Source of the DNA: an uncultured Pseudomonadota bacterium | GTDB lineage: Bacteria > Oederibacteriota > Muellerivitia > Muellerivitales > Muellerivitaceae | NCBI GenBank assembly: GCA_963770835.1 | Contig: CAVYRH010000004.1 | Span: 96,001 to 160,000 of the forward strand | DNA: 64,000 bases | Direction of reading: 5' to 3' | Part shown: piece by piece, positions 56,231 through 64,000 of the stretch | Position numbering within the stretch: position 1 is the first letter of the stretch | Layout of the letters: the number at the start of each line of letters is the position of its first letter | Made by a program: the position numbers and the translations under genes | The notes under the pieces: generated by a model | Told to the model about the DNA's origin: nothing | The model's input: only the letters and a program-made list of their open reading frames with translations | Databases searched by the model: none

Positions 56231-59200
56231 ATGGAAGAAATCGCATCGGCCCCACAACAACGGCCGGCCGGGTTTCATTTTACCCGCCGCGCCCTTCTCC
56301 CGGCCCTGGCGCTCTTAGCCGCCGGTTGGGGAGCCTCCCCCGCTGCCGCGCAGGCCACCCATTTCGCCTTCATCATCCCGCCTTCCTCGCCGGCGGGCTT
56401 GTACAGCACAACGGTGGGCAGCAACACCGTTACCTTCGAAGTCCAGGCCCAAAACGCCTCCAACGCCGTCGTGACGGGTTTCAACGACGACGTGGTGGCC
56501 GGCCTTTACAGCACCGCCACCAGCCAGGTTTCGGACCCCGAGGCCGTCTACACGAGCGGCGGGATCACTTATATCGGATCCCTCACCCTTTCCTTCGTCA
56601 ACGGCACCGCCAACTTCGGCGTCACGCTTGAGGCGGGGTCCGATTCGGAGCAGCTTGTCCTGCAGGATTTAAGCTCGAACCCGGTCATCGTAGGCACCAA
56701 CTATCCCGGAAGCCTAGGGGTGACCACCGGGGCCGCCATAACCGTTAGGGGTTTCTCAAGCCAGCCCCTTTTCCCCCGGGACATCAATTTCAATGGGACC
56801 AGCGAGAACCCTCCCACCGACGACACCCCCGTCACCTATATTGTCGGTGGGGCCACCGACCCCCTCGCCATAAACGACAACCGGGTTACTTTTTTCGGCC
56901 CCGGGGATTATGGGGACATCGTGCCCCAGGCCCTGGGAACGGCGGGCAGCTCCGGCATCGACACCAATGCGGCTTGTTACCTGATCCAGAACTTCAACGG
57001 AGGTTACGCCGCGGGCGGGGCGGGGGTATCGGTGCGGCTGTGGTTTTCCGCGTCCGCCGGCACCGCCCCCGTGAGCTACCAGGTGATCCTGGATTACGAC
57101 GGGAGCCTGGCGGACTACAACAACCCCAATTCCGCCAAGGACACCGTCCTCCAAGGGGCGGTGACCGCGGGGGTGGGATACGGCTTTTACACTGCGGCGC
57201 CGACGACCCTAGCCGGTTACCAGCCCTACCAGCCCTTCATGCAGGGCAACGGCCAGGTGATCTTCCGGGTCTGGACCGTACCCGGCGATACCGTCACCCT
57301 CAAATACGCCAATGCCAACGTGGGCCCCCCCTACGACGACAACACTATTTCCTTCATCAAGGTGCCCTACTCCTCCCAAAATACCCTGCCCTTGCTCTCC
57401 ACCGTCACCGCGCCCAGCTACACCGGAACCCCCCCCACCCCGCCCTATGTTTTGGCCGGCGCCTCGGCGATAACCCTCATCGACACTTTCAAAAACCAGT
57501 ACTCCAGCCCCCTGACCCAGATTGTTTTCCAGATTCCCGCCGATCCCCTGGGGGTTACCAATTGGGCCATCAGCTCCGTCCCCGCGCCCACCGGCCGCAA
57601 TCCCGGGTGTTCCACGGCTTTTTCACAGCCTTCCGGCACCACGGCCGGCGTCGTGACCCTGACCAGCGCGTCCAATCCCGTCACGACCAACGAAATCCTT
57701 CCCGTCACCATCATCGCCCAGGCCCCCGCCACCAATTATTCCTGGCCCTTGAGCATCATCAGCGCCCTCACCGATACGGGGTCCACCGCGCCCTTTGATT
57801 CCGCATCCGTGGTCGTCAATACCCTGGAGGCTCCCGACACGCCCGGCTCCTTCGCGGCCGTCCCGGCTAATTACGCCGGCACGGGAGGGCAGATTTCGCT
57901 TTCCTGGAACCAGTCGGTCAGCCAGAGCCCCCTGGGTTATGTGATCACCCGAAGCCCCGGCGGCGGCCCTTTTGGAACGGTCACCCTTCCCAGCGGGTTG
58001 GTGGTCAGCAATGCCATTACCATCACTCCCGCCTCCACGGCCGTGACGGTGGACACCAACGTAACCAATCTAACCGGCTACACCTATACCATCCAAGCCT
58101 TCAACACCGTCACCCAATCGGCCGCCGCGAACGCGGGCCCGGTGACGGCCTATGCCGATCCCGGCGCACCGGGCAACGTGGTTGCCCTGACTGGGGGGAA
58201 CACCGTCCAGTTGAGTTGGGCCGCGCCGGCTTCCGTGACGGCCGGTTCCTACGCCGTGACGGCGTACCAAGTCTACCGGGGCACCTCCTCCGGCGGGGAA
58301 AGCGCCACTCCCATCGCGGCAGTGACCACGTCCCTCTCACCGGTGACTTACGTGGACACGCCTCCCGTGTCGCCTGGAACCACTTACTACTATTACCTTT
58401 CCAGCATCGACACCCAATACAGCGGCGGCCCAACCTTCGGCCCCCACGATAGCGGCCCTTCGGCCGAAGTTTCGGGCTTTCCGCCCGGCAACCCGCCCAA
58501 CAACGCGGCCGTCACCCTTGAAGTCATCGGCCCGCCCGCCACCCTGATGGTCAGCTGGACCGCGCCGGTAAGCGACTTGAACTCCATCACGAAGTACTAC
58601 ATTTGGAAGGAAACGGATAGCGGAGGGTTTGGGGCTTCGGCTTTCGCCACCGTGGGAGCGGCCTCCGTTTCCGTCCTGGACGGAGTGGTGACCACGGGCC
58701 ATACGTACAGTTATTTCGTGCAGGCGGTGGATTCCCTTAACAATATCTCGAACGATTCGGCCACCGTCACGGGCCAGGTCGGGCCTTCGCCCCCCACGGG
58801 CCTTACGGCCCCGGGCTACGCGAACAGCGTGACCTTGACCTGGAATTCCAACCCGGCCAACCAAAGTGTTACGGCCTACATCATCGAGAGCAACGGAAGT
58901 TTCTTGCCCCCCCTAGTGCCGGCTCCCGGCGGGGGCGGCCCGGTGACGGATTTTGACACCACTCCGGTCCAGGGAACCAATTACGGCTACCAGGTGGCGG
59001 GGATCAACAATACGGGCGTCACGGGAACCTTCTGCGCGGCGGTCACTTCGGCGCTGCTGCCTCTCGTGCCGAACAGTTTCACTGCGTCAGTCTCGCAGAC
59101 GGGAGTATCTTTCATCATGGACTTGAACTGGACCGCGCCAAATTCCGGCGGAAACGTCACCGCCTATAATGCCCGGTACAACACGACGAACACCTTTGGC

Positions 59201-62200
59201 ACTTCCACTTTCATGGGCTCCTTTCCTCTTGCCTCCCAACCGGTCACCCTGGACGAAACCGTTGCCTCGGCGGGAACAACGTATTTTTTCTGGATCCGTG
59301 GCGTGGATCCCGGGGGAGCGGGCGCCATCACGGAGGTGGGCCTCCAACTGCCGCCCAACCCGCCCACGGGCCTGGGAGCTTCTTCCACGGCCGCTACGAT
59401 CACACTCAATTGGAACGCCGTGTCGGGCGAGGGGGTCACTTCCTACACCGTCTACCGAAGCACCAACCCCACCAGCGGTTACGCCACTATTGGCGCGTCC
59501 CCCACGGCTAGTTACAACGACACAACGGCGGCGGTTGGAACGGACTATTACTACGAGATTTCCGCCACCAATGCCGGGGACGGAGTGACGATTCCCGGCG
59601 GGGAAAGCCTGCTTTCCACCTCCGTTGAATCCGCCCTGGCTCCTGCCGTGCCAGTGGGGTTGACCGCTACCCTTAATGCCGCCTCGGACAACGTGACCTT
59701 GGGTTGGACTTCCCAGTCGGGAAGCGACCCTCTCTTGGTCAGCTATACTTTGTACCGCACCATCAACAGCGGGGCGCCCGCCACACTCCAGACCGCGGCC
59801 GATACGGTTGTCACTTACACCGATACGGGTATTACTTCGGCCAACGCGGGCCAGACCATACTTTATTACCTTTTTGCCACCAACAACGCCGGGGCCAACA
59901 GCACGGCCGAGGGTCCGGTGGGCCTGCAGGTGCCGCCCAACCCGCCCGCAATTTTACCCGCTTCGCCTTCTTCCAACGCCGTTACCGTTAATTGGACTGC
60001 CAACTCGGCCGGGCAGAATGTCTCCCAGTACACCATTTACCGAAGCCAACTGCCCTCGGGCAGCCCCGCGGCCATCGGTACGGCCACGCCCACACCGGGC
60101 CCAACCAACAGCTTCCCCGACCTGGGCCCCCTGACCGAAGGAGTTTCTTACGTTTATTACCTGACCGCTACCAACCCCGGCGGCGGGCTAGGAGTTCCTG
60201 GTGGAACAAGCGCAGCTTCCAATTCGGTTACTTCAGGGCTTGGTGCCCCGGTTCCGACCGGCCTTGCGGTTTCGGGCATCGACACTTCCAACGACATCGG
60301 CGTGACCTGGAACGCGGTCACCCTCGTCAACGCAACGGCGGTCAGCGTTTTCAGCGGCACCACCAACAATATCGCCTCGGCCACCCCCACCAACCTGGCC
60401 ACCTCGGCGGTCTCTATTAATTACGCCGCCCAAACGCCCGACACTACTTATTATTACTGGCTCGAGGTCCTCAATACCTTCGGCCCCAGCTCGCCCGAAG
60501 GGCCCGTTTCCCAGCTCACCTACCCGGCGGCGGTCACCATCGTTACCGCGGTTTTGGACGCCGACGGCGTCTCCCGGGACCTCACATGGGACACGGTGGG
60601 CGGGGGTGACGTGAACTCCTACAACATCTACCGGGAACAAATCGGGGGCTCGGGTTTCGTCTCCGTGGGCTCCGTGCCCGCCGCCGGTCTGGCCTTCCCC
60701 GTCAAGCGCAGCAGCGAGGTATTGCCGGGCAAACTTTACTCCTACGAGATCACCGCCGTGAACGCCACGGGCGAGGGCAGCGGCTACAACGCCGTGACCG
60801 TGGGCGTGCCGCCTTCCGACCCTTCGCCGGTCACCACGGCGACGGGCTTGAGCGCCACCGTGCAGGTCGGCCTTTCCTGGCCCGCGAACGTGGCTTCCGA
60901 GGGCGTCACCAGCTATACGGTTTACCGGGGAACGACCCCGGCTTTTTCGTCGGCTTCAGCGGTCGCCACCGGCGATGCGGTGACCAATTACCTGGACAGC
61001 TCCGGCAGCCTTGTTGGGGGAACCACTTATTATTACTGGGTGGAGGCCGACGCCAACGACGGTGTGGAAAGCCTGCCAACAACGGCAACCAGTTCGGTCA
61101 CCGTGACGGCGGCCGCCCAGCCTAATCCGCCTACTGCCCTCACGGAAACCGACGGAAACGCCTCGGCCAGCCTGACATGGACCGCCGCCATTTCCACCAC
61201 CTTCCCCATCACGGGTTACAACCTTTACGACGCCGCCAGCGGGGGCGCCACCGTCAAGGCCAACGCCACGCCCGTGCCGGCTTCGCCTTTCACGGTGCCG
61301 GGCCTCTCCAACGGAGCCACCTATTCCCTTTGGGCGCAGGCGGTGGACAGCCACGGCAATTTAAGCGCCTTGACCGCCCCAGTAGCGGGCCTTCCCGACG
61401 CGCCGCCCGGAGTGCCCGGGAACGTTTCGGCCTCCAACGGGAACGAAGCCGCGCAGGTTACCTGGAAAGCCGCCGTGCCCGGAACCTTGCCCATCGGCAA
61501 TTACGTGATTTATCGCTATCCCTTGCCCAGCGGCCCAGCCAATTACATCACCGTGGGGGGCAATTTGACGGGTTACGTCGATACGGGCCTGGTGAACGGT
61601 TCCTCCTACGTTTACGAAGTGGAAGCGCTGGATTCCAGCGGCGTGGCGACGGGCATCCACGCCAGCGGCTTTTCGTTGCCGGTAACGGCTGTCCCCAGCA
61701 TCAACGTGAACCCGCCCAGCAACGCGCTGGCGGCCGGGGGGGTTGGGCAAGTGGTGTTGAATTGGACCGATTCCTTTACGGGCGTGGGGGAGGCCGTCAC
61801 GGGATATACCATTTACGGCGCGCAGGGTTCGGGCTCCTATAGCCCGGTGGGAACCATAGCCGTGGGCCAGCAGGCTATCACGGAGACCGGCCTCACCAAC
61901 GGCACCGGCTATTCCTATTACCTGGTGGCTTCCAGCGGCACCACGGTCAGCGCCGACAGCGCCACCGTCTTCGCCACACCCGCCAATCCCCCGAACGCCC
62001 CCGTGAGTTTCCTAAACGTGGACGGAAACAATTCGGTCAGCCTGTCCTGGTCCTCGGCGGGAGTTGAGGTGAACAACGTCCCCGTTAACAAGTACGTGGT
62101 CCTGGTGGGGGGAGTCCCGGTGACCGCTGTGAACGGCTCCACCCTGTCCGTGGTAGATTCCGGCCTGACCAACGGGAACAGCTATGTCTTCACGGTGGAG

Positions 62201-63472
62201 GCAGTGAACTCCAACGGCACTACGGGCGCTCTTTCGGCTTCCCTCACGGGCTACCCCTATGCGCCCTTCGGCCCCACCGGCTTTTCCACGACGGCCACCG
62301 CCGCCAATGTCACAGCCTCCTGGACCGCTCCTGGCGGGACGACCTGGCCGGTGGCGAGCTATGACCTTATCCGCGCGCCCTTGGGCGGAGGGACCCCCGT
62401 AACCCTCCCAGCCGCCGGTTCGCCCTTGGCCGACACGACGGCCACCTTTGACCAGCTTTACACCTACACGCTGGTTGCCATCGACAGCAAAGGCCATCCC
62501 AGCACCCCGGCGGGACCCGTGACCGACGGCCCCTGCAACCCGCCCGCGGCCCCCACGACCGTGGTCGCCACCGCCGGAAACCAGCAGGTGCTTTTCGATT
62601 GGCCCGCCTCCGCGCCCGTTTCGGGAAGCTTCCCGGTTTCCTTCTACCTGGTATCCATCAACGGCGGGGCACCTGTCACTTTGCCGGGGACCCAGACCTG
62701 GTACCTGGACAACAACAACGGGTTGGGGTTGGTCAATCCAGCCACAGTGAACGTAACCGTGCAGGCGTTGGACGCCACCGGCAACCCCGTCGGCAACCAT
62801 TTGAGCACCACCGCCACGGGGGGGCCCGTTGTAACCGGCGCCGCCGACCTCAACCCGCCCACGGCCCTGTCCGCCTCTGTCACCGGGACCAATTCGGTCA
62901 AGCTCACCTGGGCCAGGCCCAACGACGAGGGTAATATCGTGACCGGTTACAACATCTACAAGACCGGCAGTTTTACTACGGTCCTGGGGACTCCTATCGC
63001 CACCCTGGCCAACCCGCCGCTGGCCCCGGTGACCGTTTATAATGACTCCAATGTGAGCCCGAACTCGACTTACTTCTATGTCATCACGGCGATTTACCAG
63101 CAGGGCGCCTCACAGGTCGCGAGCCCGCCGTCCAACCACGCTTCCGTGACCACCCCCGCCCCCGTGGCCGGAGTGCCTCCGGTCACCGTGGGCCAGATGG
63201 CCTTTGACGCCAACCTGGTGAAGCCCATGACGGGCCAGGTGCTGGGAATTTATTTCGTGGCCCCCAACAGCGGGCCCGCGCAGATCAACGTTTATAATAT
63301 CTCGGGCAACCCCATCCGGGCCCTCTACGCCACCTCCACGGCGGGCATACAGGAAAACCTGACCTGGGACATCAAGGATAGGAACGGCAACACAGTGGCC
63401 TCCGGGCTTTACTTGATCGAGATCAAGGCGCCGGGCCTGCACCAAATCAAGAAAGTGCTCGTGGTCAAATGA
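56231..63472 (+). CDS. Giant secreted fibronectin type III repeat protein (about 18 FN3) with C-terminal FlgD-Ig/T9SS-type sorting domain
   Basis: Signal peptide ending AAA-Q; 18 'V.LSW...Y..YR...Y.Y...A' units; C-terminus INVYNISG.PIR...WD.KDRNG..VASGLY...KKVLVVK. Confidence 0.9.
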   Translation: MEEIASAPQQRPAGFHFTRRALLPALALLAAGWGASPAAAQATHFAFIIPPSSPAGLYSTTVGSNTVTFEVQAQNASNAVVTGFNDDVVAGLYSTATSQVSDPEAVYTSGGITYIGSLTLSFVNGTANFGVTLEAGSDSEQLVLQDLSSNPVIVGTNYPGSLGVTTGAAITVRGFSSQPLFPRDINFNGTSENPPTDDTPVTYIVGGATDPLAINDNRVTFFGPGDYGDIVPQALGTAGSSGIDTNAACYLIQNFNGGYAAGGAGVSVRLWFSASAGTAPVSYQVILDYDGSLADYNNPNSAKDTVLQGAVTAGVGYGFYTAAPTTLAGYQPYQPFMQGNGQVIFRVWTVPGDTVTLKYANANVGPPYDDNTISFIKVPYSSQNTLPLLSTVTAPSYTGTPPTPPYVLAGASAITLIDTFKNQYSSPLTQIVFQIPADPLGVTNWAISSVPAPTGRNPGCSTAFSQPSGTTAGVVTLTSASNPVTTNEILPVTIIAQAPATNYSWPLSIISALTDTGSTAPFDSASVVVNTLEAPDTPGSFAAVPANYAGTGGQISLSWNQSVSQSPLGYVITRSPGGGPFGTVTLPSGLVVSNAITITPASTAVTVDTNVTNLTGYTYTIQAFNTVTQSAAANAGPVTAYADPGAPGNVVALTGGNTVQLSWAAPASVTAGSYAVTAYQVYRGTSSGGESATPIAAVTTSLSPVTYVDTPPVSPGTTYYYYLSSIDTQYSGGPTFGPHDSGPSAEVSGFPPGNPPNNAAVTLEVIGPPATLMVSWTAPVSDLNSITKYYIWKETDSGGFGASAFATVGAASVSVLDGVVTTGHTYSYFVQAVDSLNNISNDSATVTGQVGPSPPTGLTAPGYANSVTLTWNSNPANQSVTAYIIESNGSFLPPLVPAPGGGGPVTDFDTTPVQGTNYGYQVAGINNTGVTGTFCAAVTSALLPLVPNSFTASVSQTGVSFIMDLNWTAPNSGGNVTAYNARYNTTNTFGTSTFMGSFPLASQPVTLDETVASAGTTYFFWIRGVDPGGAGAITEVGLQLPPNPPTGLGASSTAATITLNWNAVSGEGVTSYTVYRSTNPTSGYATIGASPTASYNDTTAAVGTDYYYEISATNAGDGVTIPGGESLLSTSVESALAPAVPVGLTATLNAASDNVTLGWTSQSGSDPLLVSYTLYRTINSGAPATLQTAADTVVTYTDTGITSANAGQTILYYLFATNNAGANSTAEGPVGLQVPPNPPAILPASPSSNAVTVNWTANSAGQNVSQYTIYRSQLPSGSPAAIGTATPTPGPTNSFPDLGPLTEGVSYVYYLTATNPGGGLGVPGGTSAASNSVTSGLGAPVPTGLAVSGIDTSNDIGVTWNAVTLVNATAVSVFSGTTNNIASATPTNLATSAVSINYAAQTPDTTYYYWLEVLNTFGPSSPEGPVSQLTYPAAVTIVTAVLDADGVSRDLTWDTVGGGDVNSYNIYREQIGGSGFVSVGSVPAAGLAFPVKRSSEVLPGKLYSYEITAVNATGEGSGYNAVTVGVPPSDPSPVTTATGLSATVQVGLSWPANVASEGVTSYTVYRGTTPAFSSASAVATGDAVTNYLDSSGSLVGGTTYYYWVEADANDGVESLPTTATSSVTVTAAAQPNPPTALTETDGNASASLTWTAAISTTFPITGYNLYDAASGGATVKANATPVPASPFTVPGLSNGATYSLWAQAVDSHGNLSALTAPVAGLPDAPPGVPGNVSASNGNEAAQVTWKAAVPGTLPIGNYVIYRYPLPSGPANYITVGGNLTGYVDTGLVNGSSYVYEVEALDSSGVATGIHASGFSLPVTAVPSINVNPPSNALAAGGVGQVVLNWTDSFTGVGEAVTGYTIYGAQGSGSYSPVGTIAVGQQAITETGLTNGTGYSYYLVASSGTTVSADSATVFATPANPPNAPVSFLNVDGNNSVSLSWSSAGVEVNNVPVNKYVVLVGGVPVTAVNGSTLSVVDSGLTNGNSYVFTVEAVNSNGTTGALSASLTGYPYAPFGPTGFSTTATAANVTASWTAPGGTTWPVASYDLIRAPLGGGTPVTLPAAGSPLADTTATFDQLYTYTLVAIDSKGHPSTPAGPVTDGPCNPPAAPTTVVATAGNQQVLFDWPASAPVSGSFPVSFYLVSINGGAPVTLPGTQTWYLDNNNGLGLVNPATVNVTVQALDATGNPVGNHLSTTATGGPVVTGAADLNPPTALSASVTGTNSVKLTWARPNDEGNIVTGYNIYKTGSFTTVLGTPIATLANPPLAPVTVYNDSNVSPNSTYFYVITAIYQQGASQVASPPSNHASVTTPAPVAGVPPVTVGQMAFDANLVKPMTGQVLGIYFVAPNSGPAQINVYNISGNPIRALYATSTAGIQENLTWDIKDRNGNTVASGLYLIEIKAPGLHQIKKVLVVK

Positions 63473-64000
63473 TGAAAAACAGTCCACAGTCAACAGTCGG
63501 CAGTCGGCAGGAGAAAAGAACCATGATGAGTTGGTTGTTAAAAGCTGTCGACCGTCGACTGTCGACTACTTTTCTCCCTGTTTTTCTTCTCATGTCCCTC
63601 ACCCCTTGTTTTGGGCAACAACTGACGAGTGGAGCTGACTTTTTAAAGATCGACAGCGGCGCCCGCAGCGAGGCCATGGGCGAGGCCTTTACGGGGGTGG
63701 CCGATGACGTGGACGCCCTGACCTTCAACCCGGCGGGGCTGGCCCTCCTCGACAAGCCCCAAGTGGCCTATCTGCGCATGCTTTACCTGGCGGACATCGC
63801 CTATAACTTCGGCGGGGTGGCCCTGCCGGTCCCCGACGGACAGGACACCTGGGGTTTCGGCGCCGGGGTCATCAACCTGGGCACCGCACCCTTCGACAGC
63901 ACCCTGGGGCTGGCCCCGGCGGTTTCGGCGGGCAACAACGCCATCCTGGCCTCGGCGGCCTTGCGGATCAAAAGCGTCGTGGCTTTCGGCGTGACGGGCA
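63469..64000 (+). CDS. PorV/PorQ (UPF0164)-family outer-membrane protein, partial at window edge
   Basis: GADFLKIDSGARSEAMGEAFTGVADDVDALTFNPAGL; start overlaps the FN3 gene stop. Confidence 0.88.
   Translation, partial: MMKNSPQSTVGSRQEKRTMMSWLLKAVDRRLSTTFLPVFLLMSLTPCFGQQLTSGADFLKIDSGARSEAMGEAFTGVADDVDALTFNPAGLALLDKPQVAYLRMLYLADIAYNFGGVALPVPDGQDTWGFGAGVINLGTAPFDSTLGLAPAVSAGNNAILASAALRIKSVVAFGVTG
63481..63567. repeat. Heptamer-repeat (AGTCNAC) inverted element inside the PorV signal-peptide coding region
   Basis: agtccac-agtcaac-agtcggc-agtcggc (63481-63508) and gctgtcgaccgtcgactgtcgact (63544-63567). Confidence 0.85.

Noticed and set aside
51008..63472. Diversity-generating retroelement targeting the adhesins
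   Set aside because: No reverse transcriptase and no template/variable repeat pair differing at adenines was seen in the window

Overview
A GC-rich, gene-dense bacterial chromosomal window. The lineage is not provable from sequence alone; a PorV-family gene, an FlgD-Ig/T9SS-like sorting domain and a GT39-TPR protein suggest a diderm, possibly uncultured lineage. Most of it is housekeeping or accessory metabolism: VOC protein, AlkD-like protein, pirin, pdxH, mprF, two tandem AcpA/PLC-family phosphoesterases, trmL, yyaL-like, mscL, a 13-PAS histidine kinase, aldo/keto reductases, fabI, xth and one tRNA-Ser(CGA). Four things stand out. (1) An SOS locus: lexA, a catalytically dead Y1/RAYT (HUH) transposase-derived gene and a SplB/Rv2578c-like radical SAM gene whose first Cys is Ser, transcribed divergently from radC across a symmetric promoter with two tandem ATAC-N4-GTAT boxes (candidate new LexA box). 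(2) A ~14.6-kb surface-appendage cluster: a PilX-like gene, a giant 1243-aa PilV-like pilin-adhesin fusion, a PilW-like gene, an 18-FN3 protein with a sorting domain, and PorV. (3) Several families of small repeats and MITEs, including heptamer-repeat palindromes translated in-frame inside export signals. (4) A tRNA-Ser locus with a duplicated 5' end, an antisense segment upstream, and a palindrome/GIY-YIG module downstream. No CRISPR array, rRNA, integrase or intact transposase was seen. All product calls come from motif recognition by eye, not database searches.
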